DNA from: a virus
Taxonomy: Duplodnaviria > Caudoviricetes
Strand: one strand, 5' to 3'
Length of the DNA stretch: 59,372 bases
IMG/VR virus record: IMGVR_UViG_3300007510_000006
Coordinates: 1-59,372 of that record
Of the stretch, positions 49,210 through 58,613 are shown one piece after another; the stretch's first letter is position 1; every line of letters starts with the position of its first letter. Both the position numbers and the translations under genes were made by a program. Below the pieces are notes generated by a model. The model was not told where the DNA came from and ran no database searches. It was given only the letters and a program-made list of their open reading frames with translations.

Positions 49210-49221
49210 TTTTTATCCTTT

Positions 49222-50514
49222 TTAGTACAGAAACCATCTAGTATCTTTCCCTACAGGACTGAGTATTAAATTGTATTGGTCCTTGAGCCAATCAAATGAA
49301 TAGCCGAAAGAAATCCCGAGGCTACCTTCGAAATCTATGGCCAACTTTGATGCTTCGTAAAAATTATCGACAGCGATGCCGGATGTTGAATCGTACCATT
49401 CACCATAAAACCCAGAAGCATCTATACAATTAACTTGAAGATAGTCGCCCTGCAAAGCTCTTGCACTTGAATCAAAACTAGGGTCTGCTGGATCGTGAAT
49501 CCTCATAACTGATAAATTGATATTATTAGCGATATCTGACCCTGCGTTCTCGTGTAATCTATGAACACCGGAGGTTGACGTGCTGTCATTGAATGCTCTT
49601 ACTGGACCGTTTGCTATTACAATTTTGTCGGTAGTATAAGCGTCTACTAGTGTTCGCAAAGAAGCTTGGAGTGTCTCAAGTCTAGTTTTATTCCAATCAG
49701 CTATAATATTCGTATTCAAAGGATCGTCAGGATCTTCGTACCTGTCCCGCCAAACTGTTCTCATTTCTGAGTCAGACAAGCCCCAAGCGCCTAGATCGGC
49801 CCAGCAGTCTTCTACCATTACGCCTGCTATCTCTATGTCACGAAGAAACAAATCTACTAACAGAAGTTCGAGGTCCCCTGTAAATATAGAAAGCCATGAA
49901 TCATCCATAGTGTAGACCCAGTGACTTCTTTCATTCTGTATCTGGGGCATACCCAAATCCGCTGGACCATTTATTAATCCGTATGTTGGATCTATATTCT
50001 TGTTAGGGCTTGACCAAAAAGACACACTTAGTACAATCTTATCATGATACATTGTAGAATCTAGATAATAAAAGTCTGTTTCGTCTAAAAGTATATGGTC
50101 GAAATAATCCAAGACTGTTTGATCTTTGTTCTCTAAGAAACCGCCGTATATAATAGCATGCGTGTTATAATTACCACCAAAAAGGTGTGAATCCTGAACG
50201 GACTCTTTAATCAAAAATTCATACTGTTGTAAAACTAGAGATTGTCCATTCGTTTTTTCTAGCCTGATTTCAGCTAGTCCGGTATCAACGGCGGTTGAAG
50301 TGTCAAACTCGTTTAACTCGACTCTGATCTGTCCTTGTGTACTATCAATGATATCACAAGTCTTGTCCCATAAAATCGAAGATGCTTTTGGGTGTGGTTT
50401 GCCAATGAACTTAACGATGTCTCCCTGATCTAATGATATTATCTCCCCAGTCTCCTTAAGGAGTGTGAAGGAGATTTCGTCGTTACTGCTCTTGAAAAAT
50501 ATCAGGGTATCCAA
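49222..50514 (-). CDS. BppU-N-like domain fused to a possible glycoside hydrolase-like domain
   Basis: N-terminus parallels 39818-40177 (WDKTCDIIDSTQGQIRVEL...AEIRL); C-terminal AGVMVEDCW, KIVIANG suggest an alpha/beta barrel; start codon is TTG. Confidence 0.45.
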   Translation of the reverse strand: MDTLIFFKSSNDEISFTLLKETGEIISLDQGDIVKFIGKPHPKASSILWDKTCDIIDSTQGQIRVELNEFDTSTAVDTGLAEIRLEKTNGQSLVLQQYEFLIKESVQDSHLFGGNYNTHAIIYGGFLENKDQTVLDYFDHILLDETDFYYLDSTMYHDKIVLSVSFWSSPNKNIDPTYGLINGPADLGMPQIQNERSHWVYTMDDSWLSIFTGDLELLLVDLFLRDIEIAGVMVEDCWADLGAWGLSDSEMRTVWRDRYEDPDDPLNTNIIADWNKTRLETLQASLRTLVDAYTTDKIVIANGPVRAFNDSTSTSGVHRLHENAGSDIANNINLSVMRIHDPADPSFDSSARALQGDYLQVNCIDASGFYGEWYDSTSGIAVDNFYEASKLAIDFEGSLGISFGYSFDWLKDQYNLILSPVGKDTRWFLY

Positions 50515-50519
50515 GATTA

Positions 50520-50792
50520 TTAATCCTCTTCGTCATCCTCATATTCATCCTCATCATATTCATCATCTTCTAATTCGTCTTCAGGGAGGAGGTCTTCTTC
50601 TAATTCCTCATCACCGTAATACGCTACGTCCCAATCAGGACCAGAATATTTTTCTCCGCCCTTAAACCGCTCCATGTGGTCTTGGGAGCAGAAATGGCCT
50701 TTCACGTCATGAAATTGAAAGACTCGGACGGTATTCTTTTCGAGGGGTCTACCGCAGAAGCCGCAACAAATTCCATAAGTATTTTCACTCAT
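50520..50792 (-). CDS. Small TRASH/zinc-finger-like protein with acidic tail
   Basis: CGFCGRPL...HFCSQDH; about 30-residue D/E tract. Confidence 0.55.
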   Translation of the reverse strand: MSENTYGICCGFCGRPLEKNTVRVFQFHDVKGHFCSQDHMERFKGGEKYSGPDWDVAYYGDEELEEDLLPEDELEDDEYDEDEYEDDEED

Positions 50793-51310
50793 TATAATCC
50801 TCCATTACTCGGAAATAAAACGCGATATGAGTCAGCATCTTCGTGATGTGTGCTGAACTCAGCGAAAACTAAGTTAGATCCTGGCTTTGCTGCTATACAA
50901 TGAATAGTCCTAGGAGGAATGTTAAAGCGATCTCCAATACCTAATTCAATAACATTAGTAATAGCTCTATTAGTTCCTAAATACAAAACCATAGTTCCGC
51001 TTAGAATATAAAAAGTTTCGTCTTTGTTAATATGATAATGATAGGAAGTATGTGTCCCATCATTAACCGTTAAAATTTTACCACAATAGGCATCATTCCA
51101 GACCCACTCTTCTGTGCCCCAGCGCTTAGTGTACAGAGGCGTATTCCTCCATTCTGCGTATTGGTCTTCTTGGCCCTCGATAGGTCGAAGGCCATCATGT
51201 CCATGATAAGCATCGCCGGTCGCAAGTGGGATGCCAAAGAATTCTAATGGATCTCTAGGTTCCTCATCACCAATAGGGGACGGGCCGCCGCCTGGAAGGT
51301 CTCTTGCCAT
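50792..51310 (-). CDS. Cupin protein (mannose-6-phosphate isomerase/sugar isomerase-like)
   Basis: KRWGTEEW, SYHYHINKDETFYILSG, IPPRTIH, EFST. Confidence 0.8.
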   Translation of the reverse strand: MARDLPGGGPSPIGDEEPRDPLEFFGIPLATGDAYHGHDGLRPIEGQEDQYAEWRNTPLYTKRWGTEEWVWNDAYCGKILTVNDGTHTSYHYHINKDETFYILSGTMVLYLGTNRAITNVIELGIGDRFNIPPRTIHCIAAKPGSNLVFAEFSTHHEDADSYRVLFPSNGGL

Positions 51311-51322
51311 ATTAGCTCCTTT

Positions 51323-52060
51323 TTAAATTCCATTAGATTCGTTAAGCTCATTTATCCGCTTCTCTGCTATCTTGAAATACTTTTCGTCAAGTTCAATGCC
51401 GATGAAGTCACGGCCAAGGTTGGCGCAAGCGACGCCCGTCGTCCCGCTTCCCATCGCAAAGTCCAGCACCGTTTCGCCTTCATTGGTGTAAGTTTTGATT
51501 AGGTATTCCATTAGGGCTACTGGCTTTTGGGTTGGGTGCTGCGTTCTAGCTTCTGATTTAATTTTGATAATCTGTGAGGGATAACCAGTAAATTTTTGTG
51601 TGTACGTTCCGCATAGTGAACCATCATTTTCGCCCGCGTTAACTGTATCTCGGGCAGGTTTGCTTCGTGTCACGGTCTTATTTATTGCAGTTACGCCTTG
51701 TGGGTAATAGTTAACCTGCTTGCTGTAAAAAACACAGACATCTTCGACGTTGCGTAACGGCTGTCTATTTGAGTTCGCAAAGTTTGTTTTTTTGCTTTTC
51801 TCCCACACCCAGCAATACTTAAACATCTTCATATTTGAAGCAATCAGCGTTGTTGTGAACGGCTGGCTTGCCGTCATCACAATAGCCCTGTTCGGTTTAA
51901 TGATTCGCTTCAACTGCTCCCACATAGGCTCAAGGGGAATAACAGAGTCCCACTTGCAAGCGGTAGTTCCATAAGGTGGGTCAGCTAACACCATATCCAC
52001 GCTTCCATCAGGAATGAATTTCATCATCTCCAAACAATCACCTTGCAGTAGTTTAATCAT
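51323..52060 (-). CDS. DNA N6-adenine/N4-cytosine methyltransferase (beta class)
   Basis: DPPYG, HPTQKP, VLDFAMGSGTT, FIGIE. Confidence 0.93.
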   Translation of the reverse strand: MIKLLQGDCLEMMKFIPDGSVDMVLADPPYGTTACKWDSVIPLEPMWEQLKRIIKPNRAIVMTASQPFTTTLIASNMKMFKYCWVWEKSKKTNFANSNRQPLRNVEDVCVFYSKQVNYYPQGVTAINKTVTRSKPARDTVNAGENDGSLCGTYTQKFTGYPSQIIKIKSEARTQHPTQKPVALMEYLIKTYTNEGETVLDFAMGSGTTGVACANLGRDFIGIELDEKYFKIAEKRINELNESNGI

Positions 52061-52077
52061 CGCCGCCCCACTTAAAG

Positions 52078-52836
52078 CTAAACCCCCAGCTGGACACTGT
52101 GATTCCTTATCCTGTCCTCTGCTATCTTGAAATAATCTTCATCCACCTCAATTCCTATAAAATCCCTATTAGTGTTCTTGCAAGCTACACCTGTAGTAAA
52201 TGAGCCAGCAGCAAAATCCAAAACAGTATCACCTTCATTCGTATATGTCTTAATGAGATATTCCATTAGCCCTAATGGTTTTTGGGTGGGGTGTTTTGTC
52301 TTTTCTTTACCACAAACAGTATTGAATTTTTGCCAGCTTGACGGCACTCTCATTTCAGGGAGTTTATTGCCTTTACGATCTGAAAACTTACGGTAATTGT
52401 CCGATTCAGTAATAAAATCACAGTCATACTTTGTACGATCAAGTCCAGCACCTGTTCGTGGTTGCATTTGCTTATTATATGTCCATTTACCATGAGAAAA
52501 AACCAGTACGACTTCATGCTCTTTCATTGGTTCACGGACAGTATTAGCAAAGTTGCTTCCACGATTTTTAATCCATATCCATTCATGCTTGAACATTTCC
52601 ACGTTGCTCATTACCAATACAGATGTAAACGGCTGGCTGGCCGTCATAACAATAGCACCATTCGCCTTAATAACCCGCTTGAGGTGTTCCCACATCGGCT
52701 CCAGCGGAATGATTGAATCCCACTTACAAGCCGTTGTCCCATAAGGTGGATCGGACAGCACCATATCCACGCTTCCATCAGGAATATCTTTCATCTTCTC
52801 CAAGCAATCACCTTGTATCAATTCAATCTTTGACAT
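52078..52836 (-). CDS. DNA N6-adenine/N4-cytosine methyltransferase (beta class), second copy
   Basis: DPPYG, HPTQKP, VLDFAAGSFTT, FIGIE. Confidence 0.93.
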   Translation of the reverse strand: MSKIELIQGDCLEKMKDIPDGSVDMVLSDPPYGTTACKWDSIIPLEPMWEHLKRVIKANGAIVMTASQPFTSVLVMSNVEMFKHEWIWIKNRGSNFANTVREPMKEHEVVLVFSHGKWTYNKQMQPRTGAGLDRTKYDCDFITESDNYRKFSDRKGNKLPEMRVPSSWQKFNTVCGKEKTKHPTQKPLGLMEYLIKTYTNEGDTVLDFAAGSFTTGVACKNTNRDFIGIEVDEDYFKIAEDRIRNHSVQLGV

Positions 52837-52846
52837 CTTTCACCTC

Positions 52847-52909
52847 TTTAACTATTTTGGGTTAAAAAGCAAGTGATTTTAACCGATTTCTTTTGATTTT
52901 GCTGGATTT
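52847..52909. repeat. Intergenic phased GATTT repeats and inverted GTTAAA half-sites
   Basis: GATTT at 52875, 52885, 52895, 52905; GGTTAAAA-N9-TTTTAACC at 52860-52884; extra TTTAAC at 52847. Confidence 0.55.
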
Positions 52910-52932
52910 TCATAAGCAGTTATAACCTCCTA

Positions 52933-53190
52933 TTAGCTAGTGGGTGCTTTAAGGGATTTGGTTGCGATCTGGCGAAGTTGTGTAGCGCCAGCGCCAATAC
53001 CTAGGCCAGCCATAATTGCACTCCACCAGTCCATGCCGGACTGCATATTGACTACAACGCTCGTTAGAAGACCCATCGCTACTGGAATTATCGGTACCAG
53101 TCTAGCAGGAATCCACGAAGCTTTCTTTAGCCATTCCGTCAGAACCGGAATGATAGCGATAGCAAGTGCATAGATATAAGCATGTTCCAT
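52933..53190 (-). CDS. Holin
   Basis: 85 aa, 2-3 hydrophobic helices, basic C-terminus, adjacent to amidase. Confidence 0.75.
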   Translation of the reverse strand: MEHAYIYALAIAIIPVLTEWLKKASWIPARLVPIIPVAMGLLTSVVVNMQSGMDWWSAIMAGLGIGAGATQLRQIATKSLKAPTS

Positions 53191-53192
53191 AA

Positions 53193-53756
53193 TTAGTCTC
53201 CAATCAATTGTAGAGCGCCGATAATACTTGTTGCAATTACGCGCCCTATTTCTTCTTGTTTGTCCAGTAGCAACATTCTGTCAGTTGTATTAGATAAGAA
53301 TCCCGGCTCAAGTATTACTGCTGGACAGTTTGTGTCTTTTAGCCAGCTTAACACTCCCTTGCTCGGGTCACCTTGGTAATAGCCTTCTTTCGTTCCACGA
53401 TTAGCGACTGGGAAAGATGTCACGAGCTTTGCCTGAATAGTCTCGGCAGCTACCTTTCCCTTCTTGGATGTGGGGTAATATAGTGTTTCACATCCATTTG
53501 CTGTTGGATCTCGGAATCCGTTGGCGTGGAGTTCGACAGCTAAATCATATTTCCTATTGTTAGCTCCGGTGTTAACATAGTCTGTCTTTTCAGAGAGGTC
53601 TCCAGAAGGAACTAGCCACGGCTGTACTCCTTCTCGCAGTAGATAAAAAACAGTATAACCGAGAATCGGTGCCATTAGGTTAAATTCGCTGAACTCTCCT
53701 TCTGTTTTTCCTGGGGCAGACGGATAATGCCCTAAAGATAATGCTATCTGTTTCAT
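53193..53756 (-). CDS. Endolysin, N-acetylmuramoyl-L-alanine amidase (Amidase_3)
   Basis: LSLGH, E, ELHANG, GCETLY, PAVILEPGFLSN. Confidence 0.9.
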   Translation of the reverse strand: MKQIALSLGHYPSAPGKTEGEFSEFNLMAPILGYTVFYLLREGVQPWLVPSGDLSEKTDYVNTGANNRKYDLAVELHANGFRDPTANGCETLYYPTSKKGKVAAETIQAKLVTSFPVANRGTKEGYYQGDPSKGVLSWLKDTNCPAVILEPGFLSNTTDRMLLLDKQEEIGRVIATSIIGALQLIGD

Positions 53757-53757
53757 T

Positions 53758-54213
53758 CTATCTCCTAAGATTTACCATATGTGCTTTCTCATATGATAAC
53801 TTCATTGTTCCTGTTTTTATTGCTCGCTCGTATTGAGAAAGAATAAGCTCGCACTTGCTTATACTTGCTAAAAGCGAAACTTCCTTTACTTCCAACTCTT
53901 CTAATTCTTTTCTATCGTCAGACGTTTCGGTAACATATACGTTATAATCTATGTATGTATGCATCAACGAAACCGACTTTAAATACTCTTTGGGAATCTT
54001 GTCAAAATCTGTAGCAAGAAATCTATTGCGTCTTAACTCGGCGTCAGTCTTGATAAATTTCTTTTGTGCTTTGATCGCACTTAATTCTTCTTTTAAAGGA
54101 AGTAAATAGTTCTCTTCAAAATAAGCCATGTAGTTGGCTGCTTTAATTAAGAATTCACTTATCTCGTCGGGTGTTTCGGGAAGAATTGGGGAAATCTCTT
54201 TTACTGGTTGCAT
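53758..54213 (-). CDS. Hypothetical helical protein (possibly UvsY-like mediator)
   Basis: Start refined to MQPVK, coupled to the polymerase stop (TAATG); long helices; UvsY likeness is only an impression. Confidence 0.4.
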   Translation of the reverse strand: MQPVKEISPILPETPDEISEFLIKAANYMAYFEENYLLPLKEELSAIKAQKKFIKTDAELRRNRFLATDFDKIPKEYLKSVSLMHTYIDYNVYVTETSDDRKELEELEVKEVSLLASISKCELILSQYERAIKTGTMKLSYEKAHMVNLRR

Positions 54214-56111
54214 TAATCCTTCTCCATGAATTCCTCTAGAGGGGAAGTGGTTTTCCAATTCTTGCCGAATTCTATATCGATCTTGATTGGAACAAATCCT
54301 TCAATAGTAAATTCCATTGCTTCTTTGAGCTTGAGATAGACAGTGCGTGGATTAATATTTTTAGGAACGCTAAGAATGACCGAATCGTGAACAACAGCCA
54401 TTAACTTTATATCAGTTTTACTGAGTAAACTCCTGTGTAATCTTCTTAAGGCAATCTTAAAAATATCGGCTGCAGTTCCTTGTATAGGTGTATTAATTGC
54501 TATCCGTAGGCCATGAGAAAGAACTCGTATTTTATCTTTATCCTCTGGTGTTAAGTATACTTTTCTGTCATACTTCATTAAGCTATAATACCTATCGAAA
54601 TAAGACATTTCATTGATACTTCGTTTACGACCAAACGCTGTTTCACAGTACCCATTCTCTCCTGCAAAGCGTTCAGTTTTTTCTTTCCAACTTTTAATCT
54701 CTGGCATTTTGTCAAGATATTTATCAAGTAATTGTGAAGCTTCGTACTTAGATATGCCTAGTTGATCTGCTACGTTTGCAGGGCCTGCACCGAAAAGAAT
54801 ACTGAAATTTAGTGTCTTGCCTTTTTGTCTTTCAAAATCAGTAATAGCTTCTTCGCTTTTATCAAATACCATTGCAGCCGTTGCTCTGTGCATATCCCGT
54901 TCTTCTATACAAGCTCGCATCATTGTAGGGTCTTTAGACATGCTGGCGAATACACGAAATTCAATTTGAGAGTAGTCAGCTTCGATCAAGTAGTGTCCAG
55001 GAGAAGGAACGAATATCTCTTTTACTTCTTTTGATACTTGTTGCAAGTTTACATCAGAGCTTGAAAAGCGTCCGCTACGTGTGCCCCAAGGATGGAAGTT
55101 ACTGTAAATGTTATTAGAACCTGTTTTCTCTAAGTCGCTGAAATACCTACCATAAAAAGCATTACTTAACTTTGTCAGCTTGCGCCATTCTATAAGTTTT
55201 TCTACGATAGGATGCGAGTCCTTCAGATCTTTTAAAGCTGCGATGCCTGTTGAAGGAGATCCTTTCGCTGTAGTTCGTGTTGATTTCAATCCTAATCTTT
55301 CGTATAGGATACCGGCTAATTGCGCAGGCGAATCGATATCAAATTCAATTCCAGCATCTGCTGTTATTTCTTTTTTAAGGACCTCTAGTCGTTTCTTTAC
55401 ATTCTCGTTATGTTGCTCTGCTTTTGGTAAATCAATAGGAAATCCATTTAATTCCATCTCGGCAATGATAGGTATTAGGTCCATTTCTAATTTCATTATA
55501 AAATCAGGAACTTGTGCTTTTGGATTCAAAGTATAAAATAGTCTTAGTGTTAAATCTGCATCCTGACAAGCGTACTCATAGCATTTCTCTGGAGGTAGGT
55601 AATTGAAATTAATGTTTGATTTCTTAGAAGTCGCCTGAATTAAATCAGTTATTTCAACTGTTTCAAGACCAAGGAGATTCGCTCCTAGATATTTAAGACC
55701 TTTCCTCTCTAAACTTAGATATGATGCTAGAAACATCGTATCGCACATGATATCAACCTCAACACCTAACTCTAACAAAAACTTATAATCGAATTTAGCG
55801 TTGTGGAATAAAAAGGCTTTTGATCTTAGAAATGATTTAAGAATCTCGGTGGCTTCGTTACCTATATTTTCATCTTCGCCTGAGTGATTAATAGGAATGT
55901 AGAAAGCTTCTCCTATCTTTCCACTTAAACTAAGTCCTACCAAACGATCTTCATTTGGGTTTAATCCTGTGGTTTCTGTATCAAGTGCGATTACGTTGTG
56001 CTCTTCTAGTTTTTCAAAAGCAGACTGAACTTCTTCTTTTGTTTTGCAGATGGAGTAGTCCGCATTGCGAATCCATTCTGGGTATGTTGGAGCTAGTAGT
56101 GGTATTTGCAT
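54213..56111 (-). CDS. polA: Family A DNA polymerase with 3'-5' exonuclease, no 5'-3' exonuclease domain
   Basis: Exo I DTETTG, Exo II HNAKFD, Exo III YACQD; motif A DYSQIEFR, motif B RQKGKTLNFSILFG, motif C VHDS. Confidence 0.95.
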   Translation of the reverse strand: MQIPLLAPTYPEWIRNADYSICKTKEEVQSAFEKLEEHNVIALDTETTGLNPNEDRLVGLSLSGKIGEAFYIPINHSGEDENIGNEATEILKSFLRSKAFLFHNAKFDYKFLLELGVEVDIMCDTMFLASYLSLERKGLKYLGANLLGLETVEITDLIQATSKKSNINFNYLPPEKCYEYACQDADLTLRLFYTLNPKAQVPDFIMKLEMDLIPIIAEMELNGFPIDLPKAEQHNENVKKRLEVLKKEITADAGIEFDIDSPAQLAGILYERLGLKSTRTTAKGSPSTGIAALKDLKDSHPIVEKLIEWRKLTKLSNAFYGRYFSDLEKTGSNNIYSNFHPWGTRSGRFSSSDVNLQQVSKEVKEIFVPSPGHYLIEADYSQIEFRVFASMSKDPTMMRACIEERDMHRATAAMVFDKSEEAITDFERQKGKTLNFSILFGAGPANVADQLGISKYEASQLLDKYLDKMPEIKSWKEKTERFAGENGYCETAFGRKRSINEMSYFDRYYSLMKYDRKVYLTPEDKDKIRVLSHGLRIAINTPIQGTAADIFKIALRRLHRSLLSKTDIKLMAVVHDSVILSVPKNINPRTVYLKLKEAMEFTIEGFVPIKIDIEFGKNWKTTSPLEEFMEKD

Positions 56112-56185
56112 TTTTCCTCAATTCTGGCAGGCATTAAAAATCCTTACCTTTTAAAATTCGTAACATGCTGATTTAATTGGAATTA

Positions 56186-56617
56186 TCAGAATGGTAAATC
56201 TTCTTCATCTGTACCTGTGTTTAATGCAGTATTTAGGGAATCAGTTGCTTGCTGGGCAGTGGCAGTATCTGGACGAAAAACCGCATTTTGGGTGTAGTTG
56301 TTTTCCTGCACAACATAATCCATGGCAAGAATAGAATAGGTCTTATGCTTTGTACCACTCTTGTCGGTATACTCATTCGGGGTAAGCTTACCGGAGAGAT
56401 AGATGGTGTCACCCTTCTTTATCTCTGCCTCCATCTTCGCTGCCCTTGCTCCAAAGACTACGATAGGATGATAGGTATACTTGTTATCCCAGCTTCCGTC
56501 CTGATTCTTCTTTGATTCTGATGTGCTGATAGAAAACTTGAGAAGCTTCAGATCGCCTTTTACAATGCGGAGAGGCTCCACATTTCCTACTCGTCCTTTT
56601 AATTCCACACGATTCAT
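56186..56617 (-). CDS. ssb: Single-stranded DNA-binding protein
   Basis: MNRVELKGRVG, KKGDTIYLSGKL, acidic C-terminal EEDLPF. Confidence 0.95.
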   Translation of the reverse strand: MNRVELKGRVGNVEPLRIVKGDLKLLKFSISTSESKKNQDGSWDNKYTYHPIVVFGARAAKMEAEIKKGDTIYLSGKLTPNEYTDKSGTKHKTYSILAMDYVVQENNYTQNAVFRPDTATAQQATDSLNTALNTGTDEEDLPF

Positions 56618-56626
56618 CTTGTCTCC

Positions 56627-57529
56627 TTATGAAGCCGACTCTAGTTCTTTCCTTACGGAGTCGGGGCTTTGGTGTATGTAGATATCTGCGGTTGTTTTGA
56701 TCGAACTGTGTCTCAGTAAAGTACTAACTGTCTTTAGCTGTACTCCTTTATCTAAATACATTGTAGCTGCTGTATGTCTTAAGCTGTGGGTAGAAAGATT
56801 GTGATTATACTTTTTAAGAGTGCCCGAGGACATAATTTGAATTGCTCGCCGTGTTAAGCCAGTACCGCTACTAGTTAACCAGAAGTTATCATTTGCTCCT
56901 CCGCACTCAAGAGAGGAGCGACGAACTTCGTTATAATCGACTAGCAACCCCCGGACGGACTCAGTGATTGGTACAACTCCAACCTTTCCACCCTTCCCAT
57001 GCCTAATATGTATGACATTGTTATATAAATCAATGTCGTCTAAAGATAGCATGGATAATTCATTTAATCTTAATCCTAAAAAAACGAATACTCCCAAGAT
57101 TGCGCGATTTCTTATCTTAATAAAGTCAGTCTTACCGGGAGCATTCCTAATTAAACTCTCAACCTCCGCAGGCTGCAGAGTCTTCGCTTGTACACTCGCG
57201 TAGTCACGAGTGGTAGAAGGAATCCTAATTTGTATTGCCCTAGGATTCAACCCGCAGGCTTTTAACAGGGCTTTAATTGCAATGACACTTAATTTTATGG
57301 TTGTACCGCTACACCCATCTTTTAATTTAACCTGTACAAAATTAACAATCTCATTACTTAACTCATCTGTGTCATTGATATGTCTATCCTCAAGAAAAGA
57401 CAGGAAGCGCTTTAAACTATCACAATATGTGGTAATAGTTTTTGAGGCGTAGTTAGAATTCGTCAGGTATTCTCTCAAAGAACTTATCAATTGGTTCTTC
57501 GATTGCATAAAAACGCTTGACAACTTCAT
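56627..57529 (-). CDS. Tyrosine recombinase (XerC/XerD-like)
   Basis: SAM-like N-terminus; catalytic GLRLNE, GKGGK, HSLRH, LLRH, TADIY; start at 57529 preferred (GGTGG upstream), 57544 or 57508 possible. Confidence 0.92.
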   Translation of the reverse strand: MKLSSVFMQSKNQLISSLREYLTNSNYASKTITTYCDSLKRFLSFLEDRHINDTDELSNEIVNFVQVKLKDGCSGTTIKLSVIAIKALLKACGLNPRAIQIRIPSTTRDYASVQAKTLQPAEVESLIRNAPGKTDFIKIRNRAILGVFVFLGLRLNELSMLSLDDIDLYNNVIHIRHGKGGKVGVVPITESVRGLLVDYNEVRRSSLECGGANDNFWLTSSGTGLTRRAIQIMSSGTLKKYNHNLSTHSLRHTAATMYLDKGVQLKTVSTLLRHSSIKTTADIYIHQSPDSVRKELESAS

Positions 57530-58613
57530 CGTAAAGACCACCATTCACTTGTCTGAATTTCTTATAAGCGATTAGGTTGATATCTTCTTCCATGTTTTCT
57601 ACAGAAAGACCGTCATCTTCCATTCTTCCCTCATAACGACCAAGCAGAGTAAAGGGAAAACGTTTACTTTCTTGGAGGGTGTCAGGAAGATCTTTGTGGG
57701 CATATAATTTAAAATCAATGTCTTCGGCCCACCATCCGTTTCGTGGGTAAATATAACTAGTGGCTCTTACTTTGTCAACCCCTAATTCTTCATAAACTCC
57801 TTTTACTGGGGTGTTAGCCCACTTTAATCCACCAAGCTCTACCGATACTGCTCGTAGCCAAGCTTCGGCATAGCCTAGTGTCTGGGATCCAACTCTACCA
57901 ATATGGGAGCGCCATTTGTTTGGTTCTTTGCCTAGTCGGATAAGTTTATCGTTATGGAGCGTGTATCTTCGCGAAAGGTCGCTATCAGCGAAATGCCATA
58001 TAAATGAGTTGTCGGGTAGTCCTACTTGATCGTGGGCATCCCGTCTTACTAAGTTACAGTCCCAGCCGATGTCTACTTCTTCAATCCAAGGTCCATCCTT
58101 TGGTGGGTTGCGTCCTATGCCTGCGGTTGAATAACCAACCAATGCAACTTCTTTACCTTCTGTAATGTTTTGATTAAAAGACTTCTCTAACCAAACAAGA
58201 TAATCAAGCCAATCAATAAGATCAAGGCGAGAGTCGTCGTCCAATGTGAAAATATACGGAGAAGGATGTTTGAATTGCATTGACTTAAGGTAGCCTTGTG
58301 TATAGCAATGAGGTACAGGCATATTACGATCATTATAGACTGGGAAAACACGCTCGTCTTTAACAGCAATATCATGCCAATAATCGTTTGCTCCTTCCGG
58401 TCCCTGAGAGACTGGAATTATGCGAATATTGAGGTGATCAGATGTTCTTCGTATTGAATCATAAACGCCCTTAGCCATCTGAATGCCGCCACCATTGGGG
58501 ATAATAATATCACAAAAGCTCTGCGGGGCATCTATGGTTTTATCATTTTTTTTAAACCATTTGTAGTAAGGTTCAAGTACGGTTCCTTCTGGGTTGTGCT
58601 TAGTAAATCCCAT
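57453..58613 (-). CDS. Glycosyltransferase family 2-like (GT-A)
   Basis: CDIIIP, YIFTLDDD (DxD), LVRRDAHDQVGLPD...ADSDLSRR. Confidence 0.75.
   Translation of the reverse strand: MGFTKHNPEGTVLEPYYKWFKKNDKTIDAPQSFCDIIIPNGGGIQMAKGVYDSIRRTSDHLNIRIIPVSQGPEGANDYWHDIAVKDERVFPVYNDRNMPVPHCYTQGYLKSMQFKHPSPYIFTLDDDSRLDLIDWLDYLVWLEKSFNQNITEGKEVALVGYSTAGIGRNPPKDGPWIEEVDIGWDCNLVRRDAHDQVGLPDNSFIWHFADSDLSRRYTLHNDKLIRLGKEPNKWRSHIGRVGSQTLGYAEAWLRAVSVELGGLKWANTPVKGVYEELGVDKVRATSYIYPRNGWWAEDIDFKLYAHKDLPDTLQESKRFPFTLLGRYEGRMEDDGLSVENMEEDINLIAYKKFRQVNGGLYDEVVKRFYAIEEPIDKFFERIPDEF

Noticed and set aside
47716-52836. Restriction-modification system from the endonuclease and the two methyltransferases
   Set aside because: Separated by six unrelated genes; DUF559-like nucleases and orphan methyltransferases are each common in phages
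54213-56111. DpoZ / 2-aminoadenine system
   Set aside because: No purZ, datZ or mazZ-like gene visible, and I cannot assign the polymerase clade by eye
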